Positions 18,917 through 28,254 of a stretch of 64,000 bases of DNA are shown piece by piece. Source of the stretch: Eubacteriales bacterium. GTDB lineage: Bacteria; Bacillota; Clostridia; Oscillospirales; UBA644. Position 1 is the stretch's first letter; every line of letters begins with the position of its first letter. The DNA lies in assembly GCA_045535665.1 (NCBI GenBank), contig JAZSMD010000003.1, positions 8,306 to 72,305 of the forward strand. Reading direction: 5' to 3'. The position numbers were made by a program, and so were the translations under genes. Below the pieces are notes generated by a model, which was not told the origin of the DNA, ran no database searches, and saw only the letters and a program-made list of their open reading frames with translations.

Positions 18917-20548
18917 CTATCTCCAATTATTCTCTATATTATCTAAAATCTTATCGAGTTTTGCTTCAAGCTCGATTAAATTATAATTAACTATAGTGAA
19001 ATCAGCATTTTCAGTATAGAAGCTTTCATCTTTTTGACTCGAAAAACGCTGTTCGGCACGCAAATCGTCAATACCGTCCCTGTTTTTAACTCTTTCAAGA
19101 CGAGTATTTTTATCTGCCGTAACGGCTATTATGAAATCACAAGTAGATTTCGCTCCTGCCTCAAAAAGCGCTGCCCCGTCTATGGCAAAATTGAAATGCC
19201 CCTTGGCCCTGTTTTCATCCATAATTACGGAAACTTCATTCATAATCTCTTTGTGGGCAATAGAATTGAGTTTATTTAAATTTTCGGGAGAAGAAAAAGC
19301 TTTTGCTCCCAAAATTTTCCTGTCAACCTTACCGTTTTCATCGGTGATTTTTCCAAAAACCTCTTCAAGCTTTGGAGCACTCGCATCAATTATCTCATGC
19401 CAGACCTTATCTGTATCAATGTGAATAAACCCTTTTTTTGCAAGTATTCCGCAAAGAGTCCCCTTTCCCGCGCCGCTTTGCCCAGTAACACCAAGAATGA
19501 GACCTTTTGCTGTTGAGTCACAGTCGATCACCGTAAAGCTTGCGGCACGGAGAAGCCTGTTATAAACAGCCAAAAGAACGCCATTTACAAGCTTCTCATT
19601 GATTTCGGGAATCCTGACATAGATCTTTTCGCAATCGGTCTTATCTGCCTGTCTTAAAGCATCAAAAAGATTCTCTGCAAGTTCTTCAAAATCATCGGCT
19701 TTTCCGTAAGGAATCACTCTACAATTTTCATATTTATCCTCTTCACCGCAAAAACAGATAACCGTTTTTTCTTTATTTCCGTCCCGCTTCACATATTTTA
19801 CAGCGTTTTCGCATAGACCTTTAATACAAACGGTTCTTGCTTTTGGGGCGTAATGCTTATGCTTCAATCCGGGAGAAAGGGCTTTTTCGGAGGTTGGAAG
19901 CTCCTTCAAAACAGCTTCGGCTATCTTAAGGTCAGGAATCACTTCTTTAAGCATTTCTGCCGTTATGAAACCGGGTCTGAGTAGACATGGAACTTCACCG
20001 CAAAGACTTATCACTGTGGATTCAACTCCGCATTTACATTTTCCACCGTCAACTACGGCAGCTACGTACGGGTTTTCACCAAAATCATCTGCAACGTGTT
20101 CTGCGGAAGTAGGACTTGGTTTTCCCGAAATATTAGCGGACGGTGCTGCCAAAGGAAGACCGCTTTGAGAAATTATTTCCCGAGCAACAGAATGTTCAGG
20201 TATTCTCACAGCAACAGTATCAAGACCTGCAGTCACCTCCATGGGAATACAGTCTTTTTTGGGCAAGATCATCGTAAGAGGTCCCGGCCAAAATTTTTCT
20301 GCCAATTCATATGCAATTTTATTTGGATAAGCGTATTTTTCCAAATCTTCAACTTTAGAAATATGTATTATTAAAGGATTGTCCGAAGGTCTGCCTTTAG
20401 CCTTGAAGATTTTCGCAACGGACTGAGGATTCAAAGCATTTGCGGCAAGTCCGTAGACAGTTTCCGTAGGAATTGCAACAACATTTCCTTTTTTTAATTC
20501 TTCTGCGGCAATGGATATACCTTCCGCAGAACTCTGGAGCTTTTGCAT
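18917..20548 (-). CDS. sua5-coaE: Fusion of L-threonylcarbamoyladenylate synthase (Sua5) and dephospho-CoA kinase (CoaE)
   Basis: N-terminal PTETVYGL, KGRPSDNPLI, APSAN, SPG.K..HYAP (Sua5); C-terminal GVTGQSGAGKG, ID.D, DRKILG..AF, RL.R...RD (CoaE); one uninterrupted 543 aa ORF. Confidence 0.92.
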   Translation of the reverse strand: MQKLQSSAEGISIAAEELKKGNVVAIPTETVYGLAANALNPQSVAKIFKAKGRPSDNPLIIHISKVEDLEKYAYPNKIAYELAEKFWPGPLTMILPKKDCIPMEVTAGLDTVAVRIPEHSVAREIISQSGLPLAAPSANISGKPSPTSAEHVADDFGENPYVAAVVDGGKCKCGVESTVISLCGEVPCLLRPGFITAEMLKEVIPDLKIAEAVLKELPTSEKALSPGLKHKHYAPKARTVCIKGLCENAVKYVKRDGNKEKTVICFCGEEDKYENCRVIPYGKADDFEELAENLFDALRQADKTDCEKIYVRIPEINEKLVNGVLLAVYNRLLRAASFTVIDCDSTAKGLILGVTGQSGAGKGTLCGILAKKGFIHIDTDKVWHEIIDASAPKLEEVFGKITDENGKVDRKILGAKAFSSPENLNKLNSIAHKEIMNEVSVIMDENRAKGHFNFAIDGAALFEAGAKSTCDFIIAVTADKNTRLERVKNRDGIDDLRAEQRFSSQKDESFYTENADFTIVNYNLIELEAKLDKILDNIENNWR

Positions 20549-20595
20549 AACGTACTACCTTTCGGTTAAAAAATAAATTATAGTGAGGTATATAA

Positions 20596-21336
20596 ATGCT
20601 GTCTTTATATCGGACAGTGCTGTTTTACAGCATATATTTTTTAATTTCACTTCTGTGCGGATGTTTAATTTCCGCAATTGTTCCGTCAGGAAAACTCTGT
20701 CGTCAGATTACAGGTTTTGCCATGGAGTTTTCTTCAGGCTTTACAGTTTCCGTTATTTTTTTAAGCCTGATACCCACCGCACACTCCTTTCTAGGTATAA
20801 CAGAAATAATAATTTTCCTGATGTTGGGGATTCTTACTACAATGCTCTTACAGGAGCATCTAAAATACAAACATCGTACCATGTCTGCTCAGAAAAGACT
20901 GATTGCAACAGAAAAACTTCTACTTTTAGGCTTTGCATTTCGAGGAATAACCCAAGGTTTTTCCGTTGGAACAGGTTTTGGTTTTTCACATAGTCTGAGC
21001 TTAGGCTTGGGTATTGCGGCTGCAATAAAGTCTCTTCCCGAAGGTGCGGTAATTTTTCTGATGAACAAAACAGGCGGGGGCTCATTCCTTCGCCGTCTGT
21101 TAATATGTTTTCTACTGACGGGTCTGTTTTTCTCAGGTACAGTTATAGGAGTCCTTATTGGGAATACGGACGATATAATCTTACTGAGGATGCTTGTCTT
21201 TTCAGGTGGAGTCACCTTATATACAGCAGTCGGAGATATGAGCATTGAATCGAAAATGCTCTATCACGGGCGGTTCCTGCCAATTTTCAATATAGGAGGA
21301 ATGATCTGCGGTACGGTATTGATACTGCTAAACTGA
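20596..21336 (+). CDS. ZIP family metal transporter-like membrane protein (degenerate metal ligands)
   Basis: Multi-TM; FSSG..(S)..F..LIP and SLPEG motifs match ZupT-like topology, but the HN.PEG histidines are replaced. Confidence 0.65.
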   Translation: MLSLYRTVLFYSIYFLISLLCGCLISAIVPSGKLCRQITGFAMEFSSGFTVSVIFLSLIPTAHSFLGITEIIIFLMLGILTTMLLQEHLKYKHRTMSAQKRLIATEKLLLLGFAFRGITQGFSVGTGFGFSHSLSLGLGIAAAIKSLPEGAVIFLMNKTGGGSFLRRLLICFLLTGLFFSGTVIGVLIGNTDDIILLRMLVFSGGVTLYTAVGDMSIESKMLYHGRFLPIFNIGGMICGTVLILLN

Positions 21337-21349
21337 AAACAACTTAAAA

Positions 21350-22384
21350 TCAATTAAATGTCTGGCCCCAAAGCTTCTTTTTGGGAGAATTTACTTTAAT
21401 TCCGGACAGGTCTTCAACAAAGTCAAGTGCAGCACCTGTACCCCTTGCAACACATGAAACAGCATCATCGGCAACATAGACATTTATTCCCACATGCTCA
21501 GCTATCATTTTATCAAAACCGTAAATAAGGCATCCGCCACCTGTAAGTATTATACCGTCAGTGGAGATATCACCTATAAGCTCGGGAGGAGTTCTGCTGA
21601 GAACATCATGAATAGCTTCCGTAATAACTTCTCCCGGTTCAGCCAAAGCCTCAAGCGCATCGTCGGAAGTCATGGTAAACTCCTTGGGCAGACCTGTCGT
21701 AAGATCTCGTCCTCTTATGGTAAGAGAAACTCTTTCGGGGCGGGGTGAAAGACAGCCAATCTTCATTTTGATATCCTCTGCAGTACGTTCGCCGATGAGG
21801 ACACCAAATTCTTTACGGACAAATTTAACTATAGCTTCATCAAACTTGTCCCCCGCAACCTTAACACTTTCTGATACGACAACATCACCCAAAGAAATAA
21901 CCGCAACATCGGCAGTACCGCCGCCGATATCTATGACCATTATACCTCTGGGTTTAGTTATATCAAGTCCTGCACCAATGGCAGCCGCCATTGGTTCTTC
22001 AATAAGTTCAACACTTCTTGCACCTGCATTAAGAGTAGCATCTCTTACTGCACGTTCTTCAACCTCGTTTATTCGTGATGGAACGCAAACAACAACATGA
22101 GGTCTGAAAAGAGATCGTCCGTTTACCTTTCGTATAAAATAACGGAGCATACGTTCTGTCGTTTCATAGTCAGAAATAACCCCGTCACGCAACGGTCTTA
22201 TGGCAACGATATTATCGGGAGTTCTTCCCAACATTTCTTGGGCTTCAGCACCAACTTTAAGGAGCTTACCTGTAGTTCTGTCAATCGCAACAACGGAGGG
22301 CTCTCTGAGGACGATACCTTTGCCTCTGACATAAATGATAACGGAGGCGGTTCCAAGGTCTATTCCAATATTTTTAGCAAACAT
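21350..22384 (-). CDS. mreB: Rod shape-determining actin homolog (MreB/Mbl)
   Basis: IGIDLGTA, EPSVVA, RPLRDGVI, EEPMAAAIG, DIGGGT, LTGGG; no mreCD downstream, so it may be Mbl-like. Confidence 0.92.
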   Translation of the reverse strand: MFAKNIGIDLGTASVIIYVRGKGIVLREPSVVAIDRTTGKLLKVGAEAQEMLGRTPDNIVAIRPLRDGVISDYETTERMLRYFIRKVNGRSLFRPHVVVCVPSRINEVEERAVRDATLNAGARSVELIEEPMAAAIGAGLDITKPRGIMVIDIGGGTADVAVISLGDVVVSESVKVAGDKFDEAIVKFVRKEFGVLIGERTAEDIKMKIGCLSPRPERVSLTIRGRDLTTGLPKEFTMTSDDALEALAEPGEVITEAIHDVLSRTPPELIGDISTDGIILTGGGCLIYGFDKMIAEHVGINVYVADDAVSCVARGTGAALDFVEDLSGIKVNSPKKKLWGQTFN

Positions 22385-22416
22385 TTTTATGTACCAACTT
22401 CCTGAATTTTAAAAAA

Positions 22417-22977
22417 TCAAACACTCACAGAAGATCTTCTTGCTTTTACCGTAAGAGCCACTTTTCTGATACAGCAAAGAGAGATTCCCAGAGCGACAAT
22501 ATATTCAACGTAAAAGTCAAAAATGAAAGTAAGGAAAATACTCAATATTACGGAAACGATCAGAAGAAAATCGTATTTATAATCAATTATCTCCGTAAAA
22601 AGATATTTTTTTTCGGTAATTTCATTCTCTTCGGAATAAAGAGTCATGAAACAAGCCTTAGTAAAAAATACAATTATAGGAGGAATCAATCCCCAGAAAT
22701 CAACCGCATCGTTTGCGTATCCTATGGTGAGATGAACACTGTAGACTGAGACCCATGCAAGAATTACAGAAAATGCCGCAAGCGCGATAAAGCCCACATT
22801 TGCAAGTTTGCTTTTCGGAAAGACTTCGTAAGAAGCAGTACAAAACACACCCACAACGGAATAGAACCCCAAAAAGGTCATTGCAAGGCATGAAGACAGC
22901 AGTCCGAAAATTATTTCAAATATCGCAAACGAAATCTCTGCCAAAATATATTTTTTTGTAAGGTTCATAGTTTTCAA
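22417..22977 (-). CDS. Hypothetical integral membrane protein (possibly a degenerate CDF-type TM domain)
   Basis: About six hydrophobic segments; TTG start with SD AAAGGAAAG and a consensus promoter upstream. Confidence 0.6.
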   Translation of the reverse strand: MKTMNLTKKYILAEISFAIFEIIFGLLSSCLAMTFLGFYSVVGVFCTASYEVFPKSKLANVGFIALAAFSVILAWVSVYSVHLTIGYANDAVDFWGLIPPIIVFFTKACFMTLYSEENEITEKKYLFTEIIDYKYDFLLIVSVILSIFLTFIFDFYVEYIVALGISLCCIRKVALTVKARRSSVSV

Positions 22978-23029
22978 GTTTTTTTACTTTCCTTTCTTTT
23001 TTGCTTTCAGGGTATAAAATCCCTATATT

Positions 23030-23058
23030 ATTATACACCATAAGCGAAGCGGTGTCAA
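23030..23058 (-). promoter_or_regulatory. SigA consensus promoter for membrane protein-mreB
   Basis: TTGACA-17 nt-TATAAT. Confidence 0.85.
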
Positions 23059-23078
23059 GTGTGTTTTTTCAAATAATA

Positions 23079-24002
23079 TCAGACTTTTTTGAAGATTGAA
23101 GATGATCTTTTTTCCGATTGCAAAGTTCCGTAAGAAAAACTATCTATACGGTTTCCACAGAAAAAATAATCATACCTTTCAGGAGGTAAAACAAGTTCAT
23201 CAGAGACGTCAACTATGGAGAGTTTTATCTTCATTTTTTCCGGAACTATATTTTTTATGTATACCGAAACCCCTGTTCCCTTTTTGATATTTCCGTAATT
23301 ACCGACTTCCGCAAGCCCTGAAAGATTGGGAGTTAGTTCAACAAAGATTCCGTAATCTTCAACAGAACGAACACAGCCCGGAACTGTCTGCCCCGGCACA
23401 AAACGGGATGAATTTTCAAGCCATGTACCCAAAAGCTCCTTATGCGAAAGGAAAAATCGTTTATTTTCGTAATCCTTATCTTTTATTACAACTCTAACAT
23501 TCTGTCCTACATAAAATCTATCGGATGAATGGGAAATTCGCGAAACAGAGATATTTTCTATACTGATAAGACCGACTATTCCACAGCCGATATCCGCAAA
23601 AGCCCCGAAACGGTCAAGATGTGTGATCTTCGCCTCAACGACATCTCCAATTTCGTAATGAGAAAACATATAATCCAAAGCTTTCTGCTGAGCTTCGGTT
23701 CTGCTCAGTAAAGCAAAGACTTCTCCGTTTATCTGTTTGTAACCCTTTACAAAAAAACAGCAAGTTTTATTCACACGGCTAATGACTGCAATATCACGGG
23801 TCTTACCTTCACGGATTCCCAATGCAGCATCTTCTTTGGGAATAAAGCCTTTCATACAACCAAGGTCAACAATAAGATTGTGATTCTCATCACACATTTT
23901 CACTTTTGCTTCAAGGATCTTGCCTGCGACCATTGCTCTGTCAAGAACTGATTTTGTATAAATAATATTTTGCATAGTTCCTTCGGGTTTAAATTCATTC
24001 AT
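23079..24002 (-). CDS. S1 RNA-binding domain protein (three S1 repeats)
   Basis: FGAFADIG, YGIFVEL and LS.K S1 motifs; start probably ATG 24002 (ORF is open to 24080). Confidence 0.85.
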   Translation of the reverse strand: MNEFKPEGTMQNIIYTKSVLDRAMVAGKILEAKVKMCDENHNLIVDLGCMKGFIPKEDAALGIREGKTRDIAVISRVNKTCCFFVKGYKQINGEVFALLSRTEAQQKALDYMFSHYEIGDVVEAKITHLDRFGAFADIGCGIVGLISIENISVSRISHSSDRFYVGQNVRVVIKDKDYENKRFFLSHKELLGTWLENSSRFVPGQTVPGCVRSVEDYGIFVELTPNLSGLAEVGNYGNIKKGTGVSVYIKNIVPEKMKIKLSIVDVSDELVLPPERYDYFFCGNRIDSFSYGTLQSEKRSSSIFKKV

Positions 24003-24126
24003 AATGCTCACATTCTTTCTTTTCTTATTATTTTCACTGAAAACACGGAGATTTAAAAACTCCGCAAAGCCAAATCTCATTTAAACTGTGCAGGTGGAAC
24101 ATGAAATATTCACTATATCCAATGAA

Positions 24127-24155
24127 AATATATGAATGTAAAAGCTTGAATATGA
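24127..24155 (-). promoter_or_regulatory. SigE-like (sporulation) promoter upstream of the S1 protein
   Basis: TCATATT-14 nt-CATATATT matches the established SigE consensus. Confidence 0.6.
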
Positions 24156-24188
24156 ATTTTTCGACTTTACATATTTACGGAATATGAA

Positions 24189-24228
24189 GGAAACCTTCGG
24201 CATTTCAACTGAAAAGCCAAAGGTTTCC
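24189..24228 (-). terminator. Stem-loop downstream of the DUF4838 gene (terminator or divergent REP-like copy)
   Basis: GGAAACCTT.GGC.TTTCA / TGAAA.GCC.AAGGTTTCC. Confidence 0.6.
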
Positions 24229-24278
24229 CAAACAATTATCTTTTAATTTTGTATTTGATCCGTCTCTGAACAAACCTA

Positions 24279-26471
24279 TCAATCAAACCAATTATTAGGA
24301 GTTGTTTCAAAATTTACAGCATCCAAATTTGTCAAATACTTATTTATTACCACATAATTTATTCCATAAGAAAGAAGTTTCTCTGCCAACGCCCTGTTGT
24401 AAGCGGAATAAGAACCGTAAGCTTGCGCTCTTGAGAGCTTAACTATTGCCATACGGAAAGTATCCTGCTCCTGCTGTGTAAATTCATCGGGGTTTGCTTT
24501 AAAGAAGTTTATCATTATCTTACCCAAAGCAGAACCTCCGTAACCCAATTTCTTACCAATATAGAAAGACTTCAGATACTCAACCTGAGTATAAGATTTA
24601 TCTATATATTTTTTCTGAAGATCAGTCTCGGCCTTTTCCATTGCAAGAGCAAAAAGTCTTTCACCTTCCGAAATTATTGACGGAGCATCTCCCGGAATAT
24701 CTCTGAAAAAGTTCCAATATTTTGTCCAATCAACCGTTTCATAATTTCTTATCATATCTGCCGTAAGGTCTTCGGGGAATTCTTTCTGTTTATGCATTTC
24801 CTGAGCTTTACCCAGATCAAAGATATCGGACATATCGCCTTCAAAACAGCCGAAGTGAACATCCGCCGTAACATCATGTATAAGATCAAAATACTCTCTT
24901 ATATATGTCCAGCCGGGGCCGTAAACACCTTCAAGAAACTCATTGATATAGCTGTTGTATTCCTCTTCTGTCATATACGGATTCCAAAGGACTTTCGCCT
25001 GTAGATATATTCTGAGGTCTGAAAATTCCCCTGCATTGGCTCCACTGCCACCCGGACCTTCGTGGAATATACCCGTTACATTATGGTCTGCGTAGTATCT
25101 TTCATTTTTCAGCAGTGTATCCATATTCGGGAAAGGTGCCGGATAGTTATCATAGTTGCAGGTATAGTCCCAAATAAATATCTGATCAGTAAATTTTGCC
25201 CATTCTTTAATTTCAATGGCAGCTTTTACGCCACTGTCGCCTTCTGCAGGCTCAGTACATTCCTCCAAAGGATGAGAGAAACACTCTTCAATAAACGCCA
25301 TTCTTACCACTACATTTTCAGCCGCTTTTACGGATGTAGGAACGGGTCTTGTATGGAAATAAGAAAGGAATTCGAAAGTAACATTGGGAAATTCGTCTTT
25401 CAACGCAGTAGCAACAGCATTTACAACACGGAGATGCATATCTGTCGTATTATTATCTGCAGCATAGATCGCTTCACATTCGGGGCATCGGCAATAATTT
25501 CTGTTGTCATTTATGGAAAGAGAGAAGTACCCCTTAGGATCATCCGAATAGTTTTTCAAAAAGCTTCTTGTTTCTTCAATCAATACCTGTGTAACTTCAG
25601 GATTTGACAAACAAAGCTGAGAGTCAAGTCCCGCATTTCCGTATTCTCCGCCTATTCTATTTCCGTCTTCATCCATTGCATAATATTCGGGATGTTCAGA
25701 AAAATATTTGGAAGGAGGCATCAATGTCTGAAAAGTATGGCACCATAAAATAAAGCCAAGATAATTACCGAAACAGCCTCCATATTCATCACTTATCATA
25801 CTGCCGTTAATTCTATGCTTAACTCTGATATTATTAGTAACGGTTTCAGAATTATACCAGTCTGTTTCTCTGTAGACAAAAACAGGGATCTGTTTATCTT
25901 CTTCTATCTGATCAAGGAAAATTGTTTTGGTTTCGGGAATTTTTTCAACTTCAGAGGTATAGAAACCGCATCCGAGATATGATTCCAAGAACTCGTAAAC
26001 TCCGTAGAGTGTTCCTCTTTTTTCACCACCTACAATGTAGAGTTTTGAATCGGTGGTTTTAATAACAAACCCCTCATCCCCGAGTTCTTCACGGTCAAAC
26101 TCACCGTCTACTTCACGGTTTGTTTTACCTACAACTATTTCCTTTTCAATGGGTTCGGTGATATCGGTCACAATGGGAATCTCAAAGCCCGTCATCTTCT
26201 TCAGATAACTTTGAAGCTCTGTAGCCGCTGTAATTTCTGAAATATAAGCATTTTCGCCTCTGACGATAACGTATTCCGACAAACCGTCAACTACAATATC
26301 AAGAGTCTCGGGCAAAACAGCTTCTTCATCACCCTGATTTTCATCAGAATTCGTATCTTCCTGCTGATCTTTGGAGTTTTCCACATCTTCAACAGGTTGG
26401 TTGTTACATGCCGCAAGCATGGCCAACACCATGGATAAAGCCATAAGCATACTTAAAATTTTCTTTGTCAT
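24279..26471 (-). CDS. DUF4838 domain lipoprotein with a GH20/GH67-type N-terminal domain
   Basis: Lipobox LAAC; GGEKRGTLYGVYEFLE, HTF..L, HPEYYA, QLCLSNP, CRCPEC, WDY, LWNP. Confidence 0.85.
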   Translation of the reverse strand: MTKKILSMLMALSMVLAMLAACNNQPVEDVENSKDQQEDTNSDENQGDEEAVLPETLDIVVDGLSEYVIVRGENAYISEITAATELQSYLKKMTGFEIPIVTDITEPIEKEIVVGKTNREVDGEFDREELGDEGFVIKTTDSKLYIVGGEKRGTLYGVYEFLESYLGCGFYTSEVEKIPETKTIFLDQIEEDKQIPVFVYRETDWYNSETVTNNIRVKHRINGSMISDEYGGCFGNYLGFILWCHTFQTLMPPSKYFSEHPEYYAMDEDGNRIGGEYGNAGLDSQLCLSNPEVTQVLIEETRSFLKNYSDDPKGYFSLSINDNRNYCRCPECEAIYAADNNTTDMHLRVVNAVATALKDEFPNVTFEFLSYFHTRPVPTSVKAAENVVVRMAFIEECFSHPLEECTEPAEGDSGVKAAIEIKEWAKFTDQIFIWDYTCNYDNYPAPFPNMDTLLKNERYYADHNVTGIFHEGPGGSGANAGEFSDLRIYLQAKVLWNPYMTEEEYNSYINEFLEGVYGPGWTYIREYFDLIHDVTADVHFGCFEGDMSDIFDLGKAQEMHKQKEFPEDLTADMIRNYETVDWTKYWNFFRDIPGDAPSIISEGERLFALAMEKAETDLQKKYIDKSYTQVEYLKSFYIGKKLGYGGSALGKIMINFFKANPDEFTQQEQDTFRMAIVKLSRAQAYGSYSAYNRALAEKLLSYGINYVVINKYLTNLDAVNFETTPNNWFD

Positions 26472-26505
26472 AAAGGATTCCCTCCGGAAATTTTCTTACA
26501 ACAGT

Positions 26506-26598
26506 ATTTTATCATATGTCACATTTTTTGTCAATATGTAAAACCTACATATTATAAAAAAAATAGGACTTGACAAGGGTTTTTGAATATGGTAAAAT
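26506..26598. promoter_or_regulatory. Divergent SigA promoters with an intervening palindromic operator candidate
   Basis: Minus strand TTGACA-17-TAAAAT at 26534-26506; plus strand TTGACA-17-TAAAAT at 26570-26598; both have TG; palindrome AATATGTA-N5-TACATATT at 26533-26553. Confidence 0.75.
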
Positions 26599-26645
26599 AA
26601 CTAAAAGGTATTATTATTCAATTTTTTTAATTAAGGAGCGTTAAC

Positions 26646-28184
26646 ATGACTTTTGATATGACAAAAGAACTTTTACAAGGACTTCCCCTTTATGAAAACG
26701 GCAAAATTTCTCCAAATCTTTACGATGCAGGCGGAGGCTTCTATGATGACAGAAAACTTCCCAAGGTTGGAGATTCTGTTTTCCCCCGCAGATTTATGGG
26801 TGATGAACCTCGTCCCATTCCCAGAGAATTTTTTGATATGTTCGTACAAAGAGCCGCAATTCGCGGAGAAAAAGTCTCTGTGGAAGAAACAGCAAACGGA
26901 ATGAAAGCTGTTATGGAGAGAAAACTCGGTGAAGTAACTCTTAACTGGAAAAATGATGAAACCATGGAAATGGTCTATACCAAAGTTTTCGACAGAGAAA
27001 CTTTCCCCGATAAAAAGACCTTCATGAGAACAGTTACAGAGACTTCAGCTGAAGCTTTCGAAGCATACATCTGCAAACTTTGTGAACTCGGCTTTGAAAA
27101 GATATTTGAAAACCGTATTGAAGATAATATTTACTATCAGCTCCAACAAAATGAACGTCTTATTTATGCATATTTCATGAAAAATACAGCAACAGCAAGA
27201 TTTATTGATGATGTTGCAAGTATGAAAGTATCTGATTTCGGTTATACCTATAAGAAAAAAGAAGGAGACTTCCCTGCTGTTATTCAATATGCACTCTATC
27301 ACTCACCCGACAGCCGTGTTGACGGTGTACGAAGCGACTGCGGAATGTTTTATATAATCAAATTGACAGACAATTCTGTATTGCTCATTGACGGAGCCGC
27401 AATGGAAGAATGTACAGAAGCGGCAACAGCCGAAGCAATGAGACTCATAAGAGAATTGACAGGAGTTCCCGAAGGAGAAAAGGTCAGAGTCACATGGTTC
27501 TGCACACACGCACACGGAGATCACATCGAGCTTTTCAGCAAACTTGTCAGAGTTTACCATGACGAGCTTGATGTTGAACGAGTTTTTTACAATTTCACCT
27601 CCCCTGATATTTTTGCGGCAATGGCACCCTCATATAATCTCATGGACAGACTCAATAAATACTATACGAATATCAAGTATCTGAAATGCCACAGCGGTCA
27701 GAGCTTTGAATTGGGCGGTGTAAAATTTGACGTTTTACAGACCCATGAGGACGGCACGGGCGTTGAAGGTAATGAGGTAATCGGAGGATTCAATGACACC
27801 TCTACAATTCTCCAGATCACATTTGACGGGCTGAAATTCATGGTTTTAGGTGACATGGATAACCCCGCAGAAGAAATTATCGTAAAAAATTATTCTCAGG
27901 CAACATTAAAGAGTGATATTGTACAAACAGCACACCACCTGATGAATAATCTTGAACTGATGTATCCTGCAGTTTCACCCGAAATTGCACTTGTTCCGCA
28001 GCATCCCGTATTCAAAGTTGACCATAACAAGTATAAATATGAAACTCTTTGCCGCAGTGTTAAAGAGGAAAACATCTATTTCGACACCCTCGGAACTGTC
28101 GGATTCAGAGAAAAAGACGGAAAACCAGAAAAATTCCTGCACAACCCCATGGTTGGCGGGGAATATGACGGAAGCGAAGTATAA
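26646..28184 (+). CDS. Metallo-beta-lactamase fold hydrolase (ComEC-like MBL domain)
   Basis: LIDG, THAHGDH, NDTS, LGD, Q.AHH motifs; SD AAGGAG; no signal peptide. Confidence 0.85.
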   Translation: MTFDMTKELLQGLPLYENGKISPNLYDAGGGFYDDRKLPKVGDSVFPRRFMGDEPRPIPREFFDMFVQRAAIRGEKVSVEETANGMKAVMERKLGEVTLNWKNDETMEMVYTKVFDRETFPDKKTFMRTVTETSAEAFEAYICKLCELGFEKIFENRIEDNIYYQLQQNERLIYAYFMKNTATARFIDDVASMKVSDFGYTYKKKEGDFPAVIQYALYHSPDSRVDGVRSDCGMFYIIKLTDNSVLLIDGAAMEECTEAATAEAMRLIRELTGVPEGEKVRVTWFCTHAHGDHIELFSKLVRVYHDELDVERVFYNFTSPDIFAAMAPSYNLMDRLNKYYTNIKYLKCHSGQSFELGGVKFDVLQTHEDGTGVEGNEVIGGFNDTSTILQITFDGLKFMVLGDMDNPAEEIIVKNYSQATLKSDIVQTAHHLMNNLELMYPAVSPEIALVPQHPVFKVDHNKYKYETLCRSVKEENIYFDTLGTVGFREKDGKPEKFLHNPMVGGEYDGSEV

Positions 28185-28208
28185 TTATATTAAAATATAA
28201 TTAAATTT

Positions 28209-28252
28209 GTGGGAAAACCTTTCTTTACTCATTAAAGATAAGGTTTTCCCAC
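28209..28252. repeat. REP-like palindrome, copy 3 (between convergent genes)
   Basis: GTGGGAAAACCTT...AAGGTTTTCCCAC. Confidence 0.75.
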
Positions 28253-28254
28253 TT

